A stretch of 64,000 nucleotides of DNA from a virus: positions 32,001 through 96,000 of IMG/VR virus record IMGVR_UViG_3300031578_000004. One strand, 5' to 3'. The translations under genes were made by a program, and so were the position numbers. The notes under the pieces were generated by a model, which saw only the letters and a program-made list of their open reading frames with translations, ran no database searches and was not told the DNA's origin. Of this stretch, positions 40,394 through 51,384 are shown piece after piece; the first letter of the stretch is position 1; every line of letters starts with the position of its first letter.

Positions 40394-40797
40394 GTGATTT
40401 TTTTAGATTTTTTTAATATAAGTGGAATGTTCGTTTTTACTTATTTATCTCAACCTCAACCGTAACCTTCTTGCCCTTTTCCCCCGACCTTATAATCCCC
40501 ACGATATAGCAGTGTTACTGTCTCCACGTTCCTCCGTTTTTAATACCATTTTATCACATCTACAATTTAAAAACCGTTCTCTGTAGCAAAACTAATTTGT
40601 CAGCGTACAAACTGCGGGGAATTAAACCCGTCTTTGATTAAAGCAACCCCCATTATGTCAATTATATAGCATCAACTGTACAATGTAAGCATTGATAAAA
40701 ACGACACAGAATTGATTGTAGATTAATTCAATTTTAAATTGTCACCTTTCAATATCATTTAAACATGACCTATATTTTAATATTTTTTTACTCTGCA

Positions 40798-41400
40798 TTA
40801 TTTGTTAAATTCCTGCCTGATTTCTTGTATAGTTGAAACTAATGCTAACATTTCCTCATAGTTCTCATGTATATAATTAGATATCTCCCTATCTAACTCT
40901 GCAAAAAATTCATATAGCTTAGCATCATACTTGTATTTATCAAATAAAATTAGTGCGCCATCACTTCCCATTAAATACTTTTTAGTAATGAATCGTTTTG
41001 CATATCCTAATGCTAAAACTGCGTATCCATAAGTGATACTTCCTGTTCCTCTATACTTCAGCCTTGCTTTAGACCATTTCTCAAGTCTTGAAAATAAATA
41101 CTTATATTGTCTTTTATCTAACATATATGTTGATAATCTGCAAATATATCCAAATGCTATGGCTGAAAGCTCATAAGAATAATTTACTTTATCTTGGTGT
41201 TTTATATCTATTTGAAGAAGTCTTTTATCATCCATAAAATCATTCAGAATTTTGTCTATAACATACAAAGACATATCAACAGCAATTGAATTAATTTTAC
41301 TACTGTCTTTAACTGTAATCCTAATATATATTGTTTGTAATACCTTCCAAGTTATTAATATTGTCAGTGCATATGTAACATATTTAATAAACATTTTCAT
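40798..41400 (-). CDS. Membrane-anchored hypothetical protein
   Basis: N-terminal TM helix, GGAG RBS. Confidence 0.6.
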   Translation of the reverse strand: MKMFIKYVTYALTILITWKVLQTIYIRITVKDSSKINSIAVDMSLYVIDKILNDFMDDKRLLQIDIKHQDKVNYSYELSAIAFGYICRLSTYMLDKRQYKYLFSRLEKWSKARLKYRGTGSITYGYAVLALGYAKRFITKKYLMGSDGALILFDKYKYDAKLYEFFAELDREISNYIHENYEEMLALVSTIQEIRQEFNK

Positions 41401-41580
41401 TTCTCCCTTTACACATTTTTTGAGGCTTCTCTAATTTATGCCATCATCTCTTCTTACTATAATTCGCAATTTTCAAGTTTCTCCTTTTAATTTTATTTAT
41501 TAAAAGTTATATAATAAATGAGCCTCTACGGTCATTGTAGAAGCTCTAGAAAGTTATCCCGTTAAAGGTAGACAGAAATA

Positions 41581-41976
41581 TTAATACAGCCAATTTCCAT
41601 TACTATCTACTCTACCTTTTAATTTTGGTAGTATACCTAGCTTTTCCAAAATAATTCCCGTTAGGCTTCTTCCATTTTGATAAAAATATCCGTTTTGTTT
41701 ATCTCCTTCATCCATTATGTACCCAAGTGTTTTTGCATTTCTTAATGTGTTTTCTTTCAAATCTAATGCTGTTACTTTCTCTTGTGTTAAGCTTAATGGC
41801 GAATAAAAAACATTTGTATTAGTGTCGACATAAACAATGGCATTGTCTGGAATTGTTCCCATAGAACCAATTGTAAGTCCCAAACCCAACAAAGCCACGA
41901 TTGCAATTATTAGATTTAGCGTATATTTTTTTATCTTTTCCAATAAAAACACCCTTTCATATAATACAATGAACAT
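41581..41976 (-). CDS. Membrane-anchored hypothetical protein
   Basis: N-terminal TM helix. Confidence 0.55.
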   Translation of the reverse strand: MFIVLYERVFLLEKIKKYTLNLIIAIVALLGLGLTIGSMGTIPDNAIVYVDTNTNVFYSPLSLTQEKVTALDLKENTLRNAKTLGYIMDEGDKQNGYFYQNGRSLTGIILEKLGILPKLKGRVDSNGNWLY

Positions 41977-42021
41977 AAGTAATACAAATTCGAGAGTAAT
42001 ATACCAAATTTTCTTCTATGT

Positions 42022-42273
42022 TTATTTATTCAAATCATCTAAGCTCTTTTTAGTTGGTGGGCGACATACTTTACATGCTTCTAATCCATCATATAAAGCC
42101 CTAGAGAGATTTATATCTATCGCTTTACCTTTTACATATCTACAATTCATACGGTGATATTTTGCCCCTGCTGATGTTTTATAGACTGATATATCATTCT
42201 TTGGGGCTTGATAACATGATGTGAGTGATAAACACAATATAACTAATAATAACATTAGCAATTTTCTTTTCAT
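42022..42273 (-). CDS. Small lipoprotein with metal-binding motif
   Basis: Lipobox LTSC; VY.T..G.KYH..C...ACKVC.P. Confidence 0.7.
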   Translation of the reverse strand: MKRKLLMLLLVILCLSLTSCYQAPKNDISVYKTSAGAKYHRMNCRYVKGKAIDINLSRALYDGLEACKVCRPPTKKSLDDLNK

Positions 42274-42563
42274 ATAATTTCATCCTTTGGTATACATATA
42301 GCTATTAGAACTTTCAGAATAATTCCCCCTATTATATATGTAAATACAATAATAGAATATTTAGTTAAAAGTGTATGGCTAATTTCGTAGCCTAGTATGA
42401 TTAAGTATATTTGTGATACAAACGGAAAACATAAACTTGCTAATCCCCATAAAACCCCGTTTATAGTATAAATAATATAAGCAGTCCACAAATGAATCCC
42501 TCCACCAACTAATCCTAATAAAATATTAACAATAAAACTTACATAGAATATGCTTTTTCTCAT
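42270..42563 (-). CDS. Membrane protein
   Basis: Three hydrophobic segments, GGAGG RBS. Confidence 0.6.
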   Translation of the reverse strand: MRKSIFYVSFIVNILLGLVGGGIHLWTAYIIYTINGVLWGLASLCFPFVSQIYLIILGYEISHTLLTKYSIIVFTYIIGGIILKVLIAICIPKDEII

Positions 42564-43099
42564 AATATTACCTCCCTTATTTTTACAACCACATTAATCC
42601 CTCTTTCAAATTAATAACATATATATCAACATTGAACACATACCTTTTTAATGAATAGAACCACAAATTGTTCGCTTGCACCCAATCCATCCTATAGATA
42701 TCAAATGTTCCCCTTTAGTATAAAAATAAACAGCGTAACCTTCAGCATCATAACTTTTTTTATAATATTCCCACCCGCAAGAATTTAATAATATTATGCC
42801 TTTTCCCATTGAAGCAGTTTAAGCACGATTACACATAACCATCATAAATTAGTCCTCCTTCATTAATATTGTTATATATAGACTTTCTCGATGAGCATTT
42901 GTCGACTTTTAATAATAAAAATCTATCCTAATTTTAAGCTGTTTAGATCAACCTTTTATTGAGATATATCTTTATTCTTTTGTTTCAGTAACATCTTTAG
43001 AGACTCTACAGTACTATATTCCCCTTGGCCAGCAGGTACTAATAATACATAATTTTCTATGCAATTGAGATTTTCTATATCAGTTGTTTTCTGATCCTC

Positions 43100-43704
43100 A
43101 TAATAATCTTCTACTATGGAATCTACACAGTCTTGCTTCTCTTCTCTGTATTGTATTTCATATGTTGCAACCTTAACTCCACACTTACTACAATATTTCT
43201 CGTTATCTATGATAACATTACCACATTGTGTGCAATACTTTGCTAATTTACTAACTTCTATTGAATCACTCTCATCATTATTTTGTATAACATCATAGTT
43301 ATTTTGTCTTTGATCGATTCCATAATTATTTAATCCGCTGTAACTTCCCTTAACTAGTAAAAATATATAAAATACTAGGTTAACTATAGGAATATAGCCG
43401 ATTATAAAATACCCCCTGGCAAATTTATATCATGTAATCTCCTTATAAAGTTAACAATAGATATCCAGACTATTAATAATGTAGCTGGAAGAAAAATCTG
43501 ACGGGCAAATTGATATGTATATTTAAATGTTTTAAAAGCCTCTCTATTATTTGTTCTGCCTATCTCTATCATTGTCTTATTTACATTACTAAGCCACACG
43601 CTTAATATAACAAAGGCAAAAATTGTGACAATGAAAGTAATAGCATATCTTATTCTTGTATTCCGCCCCTTATAAAAAAAAACTTTATTTAAGAACTTTT
43701 TCAT
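43100..43704 (-). pseudogene. Frameshifted DUF805 membrane protein with downstream zinc ribbon
   Basis: KGR..R..Y and RRLHD in the ORF; continuation YIPIVNLVF..KG...N.YG in another frame after a G5 run; YCTQCG..YCSKCG further downstream after another shift. Confidence 0.65.
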
Positions 43705-44093
43705 TAATATTACCTCCTTATATTTTCTTTTCAGAGTGTATCTTATCGATTTCTTAATTATAAAACTTTACATTTGATTATACGTTTTAGTTATTATTAT
43801 AGTCATCAATAAATCTTTCTCTTCTGCTATTAAATTCTCTCCCTTTTCTTTTGTATATTGCTTCTTAAAATTCGCATTATCTCATAGAAGATAAAAATAA
43901 GTTCTCTTGCCTATAGTAGCTATGGGAAATATCCTCTTACGTATTAACTTATACATGAGTTTATTAAATTCTTAGCTCATTATTTAATTATGTACTAAAC
44001 ATTTGAATGTCATTTCTGGGATAAGAATCAATGAAGGTTCACCAATTACTGCTACTATTGCATTTCCCTCCAATCACTTAACACCAATAATTA

Positions 44094-44657
44094 CTATTTA
44101 AAAGCTTTCCACATTTCAGCTTCAGCTTCAGTTACCGCATTATTAATTTTAACATAATTAGAAAAGCTCCGAACCGCCTGAATACCTCCAAATAATATAG
44201 CACCCCAAGTAACGACGTATGTTCCGCCACCACTATTTACCGCAGCCATATAGCTTCCAAAAGTAACCACTAATCCACCGATCAACCACGCCATGCCAAC
44301 CGCAACTGATCTTTTAGCCTCTTCTTTATATGGCTTGACCTCCTCATACAGTGCATGAATATACCGTTCAATGTCTGCCGCAGTAGCACGAACACTACTA
44401 TAATATGACGACGATCTTTTATCAGTAGTTTGTTGCTGAGACGCTCCCTCTTGATAAAATGCATCCCAGTAATTCTTTTGTGCAGGATCTGCTAATATTG
44501 CGTACGCTTCCGCAACGTCCCTGAATTGAGCAGTCATTTGTTGGCTCCCGCCGTTTAAGTCAGGATGTGTCTCCTTTGCCAAGCGACGAAAAGCGGATTT
44601 AATCTCGTCAGTTGGCGCATTGGTTGGAACACCCAAAACTTCGTAAGGATTTTTCAT
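44094..44657 (-). CDS. J-domain (DnaJ) membrane protein
   Basis: NPYEVLGV..IKSAFRRLAK.THPD; two C-terminal TM helices; visibly GC-richer than flanks. Confidence 0.85.
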   Translation of the reverse strand: MKNPYEVLGVPTNAPTDEIKSAFRRLAKETHPDLNGGSQQMTAQFRDVAEAYAILADPAQKNYWDAFYQEGASQQQTTDKRSSSYYSSVRATAADIERYIHALYEEVKPYKEEAKRSVAVGMAWLIGGLVVTFGSYMAAVNSGGGTYVVTWGAILFGGIQAVRSFSNYVKINNAVTEAEAEMWKAFK

Positions 44658-45640
44658 TTTTTTACCCTCCCTTTTCTTTGTACCATTAATTCCTAAGTTC
44701 TGCATTATCAATTAAAGTCCTTTAATAATTATGAACTGGATTGACTTATTTTCTAATTTAATAGTTACCATTAAAACTCATTATAATTTATCTAACCAAT
44801 TAAAACAATCTTAACCAATAAAAAACCATTCCCCATACTAAAACAAAATCCCACCCATAACAATCCCTCACCATATCCTCTCCGAATTACAATCTATTCC
44901 CACAGCCACTTTTACCCACTTTACCTATAAACACCTTACTCACTATATAAATGTCTCAAACTTACTTTAAATTAACCATATCAAACTAAATATAAAAAAC
45001 ATTTAAACACCCACTGTTTACACCTCACACTTAACACACTATACTGTTTAGTCTATAACCTTAACACGCAAATTAACCGCAATTCAAACACAAATCTATC
45101 CACAAAACAAAAGGATGCTCTCAAACACCCTCACAAATCACATCACATTTATACCCTTAATTTTAATTCCAAGGTAACTTATCAACAAAACCCATAACCT
45201 TATCTAACCAAATCCCAAACCCAAACAATACACTAATAATACTTTCCACATTATAATTACTTAAATACACCATTATAAATCTTCTATTTTTCTTTAAATT
45301 TCTCATATTTTACCTCACTTTTAAAGAATTTTTACATATAATTAAAGTATTTTACTAAAATCTAACCAATACCATTTTATTAACATTTTGGTATATTATT
45401 GTTTTTTAGGAATTTTTTTATTAGATATTTATTTTTTATTCTCTTTAGCATATAATGTATTTGAGGTGAATATTTATGTTAAGTCAGAGAAGATAAATAA
45501 TTCAAAATATAAGTAGCAAAATTATTATTTGTCATTTATTATTTGAGGATTTGGTTGTGGATAACTTTGTCAATATTTGTGACAGTTTTATATTTTAATC
45601 GAATTTTAAAACATTAAACAAATAATATAAAAATAATTTA

Positions 45641-45668
45641 TTGACAAGGTAGAAATGCGTGATATACT
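45641..45668 (+). promoter_or_regulatory. sigmaA-type promoter, 16-bp spacer
   Basis: TTGACA-AGGTAGAAATGCGTGA-TATACT. Confidence 0.65.
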
Positions 45669-45709
45669 TAATTTAGGATTGAAAAATATATTTAGAAAGG
45701 AGGAAAATA

Positions 45710-45988
45710 ATGGTTAAAATAATAGAAACAAATTTATCATTAGATGCTTGTAATGAAATAAAAGACCATCAATCAAGAGTAATAGAAGTTTTTGATTGGA
45801 ATTCTTACATAAATGAAATTAAAGAATGCAAGTCTATAAACAGAAGTAGTGTAATAGGAAGTTTATACGGTTATTCTATACCTAAAGAATCTACAGTTGT
45901 AAACCTTACATATGATGATAAACATTTAGATTGTGATGTTATTAATAGATTCGGAATTAAAACTAAAAAATTAGTTTATTTGGTTTAG
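45710..45988 (+). CDS. Hypothetical protein
   Basis: AGGAGG RBS. Confidence 0.65.
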   Translation: MVKIIETNLSLDACNEIKDHQSRVIEVFDWNSYINEIKECKSINRSSVIGSLYGYSIPKESTVVNLTYDDKHLDCDVINRFGIKTKKLVYLV

Positions 45989-46030
45989 TAGAATAAACAA
46001 TATAAAATAGTAAAAAGAAAGGAGGAAAAG

Positions 46031-46381
46031 ATGTTTAATTTATTTAAAAAGTATTATATTAAAGAGTTTACAATAAGTGATTTTAGCGAAGGTAGACATG
46101 GTTACAACAACTCATATACTCATACTTGTGCTAATGTATCATATACAGGCATATATAAAGGTGAAAGTTATTCTTATACTTATAATTTACATTCTAGTAA
46201 AGATGGTTATTATTTTTGGAGTAAAGTAGGAGAAGATAGTATTAGTAAGGAATATGCTTATAAGTTTGCCACAGATATTAAAAAGGGAAAATATAAAAAT
46301 ATTATTAAGAATTTACTAGAGAATGATTTTAAGAAATGTATGATTAAAATGGAATATGAAAAATTAAGTTTAGTAAATTAG
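46031..46381 (+). CDS. Hypothetical protein
   Basis: AGGAGG RBS. Confidence 0.6.
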   Translation: MFNLFKKYYIKEFTISDFSEGRHGYNNSYTHTCANVSYTGIYKGESYSYTYNLHSSKDGYYFWSKVGEDSISKEYAYKFATDIKKGKYKNIIKNLLENDFKKCMIKMEYEKLSLVN

Positions 46382-46394
46382 AAAGGAGAAAAAT

Positions 46395-46592
46395 ATGGAA
46401 AGTAAAATAGATATTAGAACAGAAGTATATATGATTAAAAATAATAAAGACAAATATATACTTCCTGTAGCATATGAAACTAAGGGATTTGCAGAATTTA
46501 TCATGGAAGTAAAATTTAATTCTCTGTGGATACATAATAATTGGGTTGAGGTTATAGTTATTCCAGTAAAGTTTTTAAAAGAAACGTACTAA
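46395..46592 (+). CDS. Hypothetical protein
   Basis: AGGAG RBS. Confidence 0.55.
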   Translation: MESKIDIRTEVYMIKNNKDKYILPVAYETKGFAEFIMEVKFNSLWIHNNWVEVIVIPVKFLKETY

Positions 46593-46636
46593 CAAATAAT
46601 ATAAAAATAAATATAATTTAGAAAGGAGGCACTTAT

Positions 46637-47074
46637 ATGAGAGATATAAAATTTAGAGCATGGGTGAAAGAAGTTTATGAAAATGGAGAATTTCAATATG
46701 GAGGGTATATGATAGATAATATTCACTCTTTGAATTTCAGTAAAGTTACAAACTTAATGCTCGGTGTGACCCCTGTAGGAATTAGTTATTATCAACCAAT
46801 GATGTATTTTGGGTCAATTGAAAATCTAAAGCAAGAGGAAATTGAGTTAATGCAATATACAGGATTAAAAGATAAGAACGGCAAAGAGATATATGAAGGT
46901 GATATAGTTGGATTTAAAGGCATAAGAGCAAAAATAATTTATGGATTTTGCGGATTTGAGTTTGAATGGATTGATGGCAACACTGATAAAATAAGACAAC
47001 GCAAAACGGAAGAAATGTTTGAAAACACATCTATAATTTTTGAAGTAATCGGCAACATATACGAGGTGAAATAA
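46637..47074 (+). CDS. YopX-family protein
   Basis: MRDIKFRAW; LMQYTGLKDKNGKEIYEGDIV; EVIGNIYE. Confidence 0.9.
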   Translation: MRDIKFRAWVKEVYENGEFQYGGYMIDNIHSLNFSKVTNLMLGVTPVGISYYQPMMYFGSIENLKQEEIELMQYTGLKDKNGKEIYEGDIVGFKGIRAKIIYGFCGFEFEWIDGNTDKIRQRKTEEMFENTSIIFEVIGNIYEVK

Positions 47075-47268
47075 TGAAATACATCTATGTAATCTTATGT
47101 GGAGACACTGTATCAGGACTAGGTTTTGATTCATTTGAGAAAGCTGAACAGTGGTTAATTACAGAAAGGGATTGTGAGAGAGTGGGTAATGATTGGATTT
47201 ATAAGGATAAGAGTGCTGATAGATGTAATTGTTTTTATTATAAGATAAAAGAAGTTAAGATTGTTTAG
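47074..47268 (+). CDS. Hypothetical protein
   Basis: Translationally coupled ORF. Confidence 0.55.
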   Translation: MKYIYVILCGDTVSGLGFDSFEKAEQWLITERDCERVGNDWIYKDKSADRCNCFYYKIKEVKIV

Positions 47269-47362
47269 TGTTGTGAGGTTATGAATAAAATATATAAAAA
47301 TAATAAATAAAATCAAACTAACAATACATCAATAAATAAATATACAATACGAAACCACAAAT

Positions 47363-47566
47363 GTGAATTGGAGGATTATTAATATGGTATATGTAATAAA
47401 AAATGAAAGGCTAAGAGATTATTTATATTGTCTAGGTTTTAATTATAAACAAACAACAGATAAAAACCAAATACAAGAATACATATATTTATTTAAGAAA
47501 ACAGAAAAATTATTAGAAGCAATTACTTACTACACAAACTTTAAACAAGACCAAAAACATAATTAA
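47363..47566 (+). CDS. Small hypothetical protein (DUF5659-like)
   Basis: L..YL..LGF......YLF..T..L..AI; probable ATG start after GGAGG. Confidence 0.55.
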   Translation: MNWRIINMVYVIKNERLRDYLYCLGFNYKQTTDKNQIQEYIYLFKKTEKLLEAITYYTNFKQDQKHN

Positions 47567-47678
47567 AAAACAAAACTTAATAACGAACAAAACAATCATA
47601 AAATAAAACAAGTTTTAAGCGAAGAAGAGATTATTATTTTCTCTTATTATATCTTTAATTACTATTACTACACCTTAA

Positions 47679-47766
47679 TGAGGTACACGATTTATGTACC
47701 TGAGATTTGGCTTCTACTTGTTTTGAGGTACATGAATTATGTACCTGAGATTTTTTACTTGTTTTT
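47679..47766. repeat. Two direct repeats each holding AGGTACA-N7-TGTACCT (candidate origin or operator)
   Basis: Palindromes at 47681-47701 and 47726-47746, 45 bp apart. Confidence 0.8.
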
Positions 47767-47849
47767 GATAAGTTTTTAAGTGTTTGATTTATAAGGGTTA
47801 TGTAGGTTTTAAATGTAAATATCATGTTGATTTAGGAGGAAATTATATC

Positions 47850-48812
47850 GTGACAAAAAACAAGTATTTTTCAAAAATACCAAACAACTTATTTTATCTA
47901 AAAAGTAAAAAAAGTATATTTAAAATAACAAATGATTATAATGTTTTGTTTGTATTGGATTATCTCTATACTAATACAAATAGGAGAAATCAAACTTTAT
48001 TTACAATAGAAGATATTGTTAGGTATTGTGGACTTAAACCAGATGCTCACAGAGGTAAGAGTAATAATAGAATAAAAAGTATTGTAATAATGTTAAAGGA
48101 ACTAAATTTAATTAATGATGATACAGATTATAGTCTGTTGGGAACTAAAGGTTATAAAAATGATAAAGATATATTATATACAAATCTAAACCTATTCAAG
48201 AAAAATAAAGAAGGTAATGATGTAGAGTTTGTATTATTAGAAGATAATGAAAGAAATAAGATTGTAAATACAGATACAAATCTTGATAAAACAAAACTAC
48301 TATTCTATTATTTGTATTTAAAATCAAGAATATATAAAAGAAATGCTGAAACAGAGGGAGATTTAATTATGAATGGTGGAAAATCTGAGTCAGCATATAT
48401 AAGTTTTGAAAAAATAAATGAGGATACTCTCCTTACAGCAGATACAATTAATAAATATAATGAAGTATTAGTGGATTTACATTTAATTAAATATGATAGA
48501 GCTGAACACTGGTATTATAAAAGTGACCCTAATAAAACCACTTATGAAAGTTGTAATGTTTATGTTTTATATAATAATGGTAATTTTAAAACCAATTTAA
48601 AAGAAGGTATAAAACAATATAAATTATTCTATTCAGAGAAAAGAGTGTTTACTAAAAATGAATATACTAACAATAATAGAAGAATTAATGGTAAAATAGG
48701 TAGATTATCTTATCTTGAGAGAATCGGTAAGGCTACTGAACAACAAATATTAGAGAAAAATGATTTAATTAAGTTGGTAGAATCTGAAAAGGAAAAGTAT
48801 CTAACAAAATAA
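47850..48812 (+). CDS. Putative replication initiator or winged-helix DNA-binding protein
   Basis: F.KIPN N-terminus, Y.YLKSR, HTH-like segments; GTG start after AGGAGG; repeats upstream. Confidence 0.45.
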   Translation: MTKNKYFSKIPNNLFYLKSKKSIFKITNDYNVLFVLDYLYTNTNRRNQTLFTIEDIVRYCGLKPDAHRGKSNNRIKSIVIMLKELNLINDDTDYSLLGTKGYKNDKDILYTNLNLFKKNKEGNDVEFVLLEDNERNKIVNTDTNLDKTKLLFYYLYLKSRIYKRNAETEGDLIMNGGKSESAYISFEKINEDTLLTADTINKYNEVLVDLHLIKYDRAEHWYYKSDPNKTTYESCNVYVLYNNGNFKTNLKEGIKQYKLFYSEKRVFTKNEYTNNNRRINGKIGRLSYLERIGKATEQQILEKNDLIKLVESEKEKYLTK

Positions 48813-48848
48813 TTTAACAAAAACTATAAAATTATTATTCAAACCCTA

Positions 48849-48876
48849 TTGACATACTCCAAACACGTGCTATAAT
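48849..48876 (+). promoter_or_regulatory. sigmaA-type promoter, 16-bp spacer
   Basis: TTGACA-TACTCCAAACACGTGC-TATAAT. Confidence 0.65.
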
Positions 48877-48993
48877 TAGTATATGGAGGTGATGATGATA
48901 ACGGAAACTTAGTGATTGCAACAAATGATTTATAGAAGTGTAAAGAACAAATAATATAAAAATAAACCAAACAACATAAAAGGAGAATTATAA

Positions 48994-50031
48994 ATGAAAT
49001 TATATAGTAATGAGATAGTTTTTAGAGGACATCCTGATAAGACTTGTGACCAAATAAGTGATGCATTATTGGATGCTTATTTAAAAGGGGATAAATATAC
49101 AAGAGCAGGAATTGAAGTAATGGGTGGTAAGGGTAAAATATTTGTCACAGGTGAGGTTACATCAAAAACAGAAGTAAATGTAGAAGAAGTAGTAAAAAGA
49201 GTTGTAAAAGAAATAGGTTACAATCCAGATAATTATGAAGTAATAGACAATATAGGTAAACAAAGTCCAGATATAGCACAAGGAGTAGACTTAGGTGGTG
49301 CTGGTGATAATGGTATGATGTTTGGTTATGCTTGTAATGAAACTATAGAATTATTACCTAAAGCTATGATAATACTTCAAAAATTAAGTCAATCATATAA
49401 TAATTTAACACATCTTTATATGTTTTTACCAGATGGTAAGGCTCAAATAACAGGTTATTATGATGATGATTTTAGATTAAAAAAGATAAAGACATTTACT
49501 ATATGTTATCAAAACACAGAAGACAATAGAGAATATACAGATAAGATAATTAAAAAATTAGCTTTGAGTATATGCAAAGAATATGAGATAGAAGTAGAAG
49601 AGTTTTTAATTAATCCTACTGGTAAGTTTTTAATTGGATTTTTTGAAGGAGATGCAGGTTTAACAGGTAGAAAAATAGTAGTAGATGCATATCAAAGTTT
49701 TGCAAATGTTGGCGGAGGAGCTTATTCAGGGAAAGATGGTACGAAAGTAGATAGAAGTGGAGCATATAAATCAAGACAAATAGCAAAGAGATATTTAATA
49801 AAACATAACCTTAAATGGTGTGAAGTACAATTAAGTTATGCAATAGGCAAGGCAGAACCATTGGCAATTTATATAGATAGTGATATAGGTAATTTAGATG
49901 CAGAAGATGGTTTATACCAAGAATGTATACCATCAAATATTATAAGAGAATTAGATTTAAGAGAACCGAAATTTGAGAAAACAGCTATGTATGGACATTA
50001 TGGTAATTCAGATTTTAGTTGGGAAATGTAA
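48994..50031 (+). CDS. metK: S-adenosylmethionine synthetase
   Basis: GHPDK.CDQISDA, QSPDIAQGV, GAGD.GMMFGYA, DGKAQ, GLTGRKI.VD, GGGAYSGKD. Confidence 0.95.
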   Translation: MKLYSNEIVFRGHPDKTCDQISDALLDAYLKGDKYTRAGIEVMGGKGKIFVTGEVTSKTEVNVEEVVKRVVKEIGYNPDNYEVIDNIGKQSPDIAQGVDLGGAGDNGMMFGYACNETIELLPKAMIILQKLSQSYNNLTHLYMFLPDGKAQITGYYDDDFRLKKIKTFTICYQNTEDNREYTDKIIKKLALSICKEYEIEVEEFLINPTGKFLIGFFEGDAGLTGRKIVVDAYQSFANVGGGAYSGKDGTKVDRSGAYKSRQIAKRYLIKHNLKWCEVQLSYAIGKAEPLAIYIDSDIGNLDAEDGLYQECIPSNIIRELDLREPKFEKTAMYGHYGNSDFSWEM

Positions 50032-50072
50032 AACAAATAATATAAAAATAAAATAATAAAGGAGAATAATTA

Positions 50073-50862
50073 TTGAGGTATTTTGGCGGAAAAGCAAAGA
50101 TTGCTAAAGATATAGCAAATTTTATTAATGGGAGGTTTCTATGCAATATTTCGGAGGAAAACAAAGGATTGCAAAACATATTGCAGAATGGCTTAACTCT
50201 ACACACACACACACACACACTATGTAGAACCTTTTTGCGGAGCGTGTAATGTTGCATCTAAAATACATATTAAAAATAAGATATTAAATGATAAAAATCC
50301 ATATTTAATTGAAATGTTTAAAGCAATTCAAAAAGGATGGATACCACCTACTTATGTATCTGAAGAAGATTATGCCAATGCAAAAAAGAATCAAGATAAT
50401 GAACCGCATATAGCAGGATTTGTTGGATTTGCTTGTAGCTTTGCAGGAAAGTTTTGGGGAGGATATGCTAGAGATAGTAAAGATGGTAGTGGAACTGGAA
50501 ATTATGCTTTGAGAGGTCATAATAGTATTTTAAAGAAGATGGAAATATTGATGGATGCACAATTTACATGTAAAGATTTTATGGAATTAGATTATGAAAA
50601 TTGTTTAATTTATTGCGACCCTCCATATAAGGGAACTACACCTTATTATAAAAAGATATTAGGAGAATTTCCATATGATAAGTTTTTAGAATGGGTTAAA
50701 GAACAAAGTAAGAATAATACAATAATAATTAGTGAATATAAACATAATGTTCCTAATGATGCATACATAGTTTTGGAAATACCATCAAAAACAAGTATAA
50801 GAGATAAAACTGGCAATGTAATTGAAACAATTGAGGTTTTATGGACTTATAATAATTTTTAA
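50073..50862 (+). CDS. Dam-family DNA adenine methylase, out of frame at an (AC)10 tract
   Basis: Two YFGGK N-termini (50073, 50141); YVEPFCGA..NDKN..IYCDPPY body in the third frame from 50221. Confidence 0.85.
50201..50220 (+). repeat. (AC)10 simple sequence repeat
   Basis: acacacacacacacacacac inside the methylase gene. Confidence 0.97.
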
Positions 50863-50916
50863 TACATAAAACAAATAATATAAAAATAAAATAACAAAAC
50901 GGAGGTAACAAAATAA

Positions 50917-51384
50917 ATGACAAACAACACAAACAATTCCACTTCCCCAGATTCCGACTCCCAAATAGAAGGTTTTAACCACACAGGTATACTACTACTA
51001 AAGCCTATGCAAAACAAAATAGAATATAGACTATATGACACAAAGATACCTTATCCTATATGTGTAGAGAATTGGGATGTAAATGAGAGTCTTGAATTAC
51101 ATACATATAAAAACACATCACAAGAAACATATATACATATTTCAAGCGGTAATGAATTAATATGTGAAGGTATAGGTAAATTGAATAAGTATGTTGAAAA
51201 TGGAGTAGATAAATATTATTTAATTACAGGAAAATATGTAGATTATATAGACCTTGAAAGAATCTTATTTAACTCAACAGAAAAAACAATTAATATAAAA
51301 ATAAACACATTCCACAACGAAGAAGTAATCGTAGATGAGAAAGGAAGTCAAGCAGATGAGTCAAGAGAAGAACAACAAAGTTAA
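50917..51384 (+). CDS. Hypothetical protein
   Basis: GGAGG RBS. Confidence 0.6.
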   Translation: MTNNTNNSTSPDSDSQIEGFNHTGILLLKPMQNKIEYRLYDTKIPYPICVENWDVNESLELHTYKNTSQETYIHISSGNELICEGIGKLNKYVENGVDKYYLITGKYVDYIDLERILFNSTEKTINIKINTFHNEEVIVDEKGSQADESREEQQS

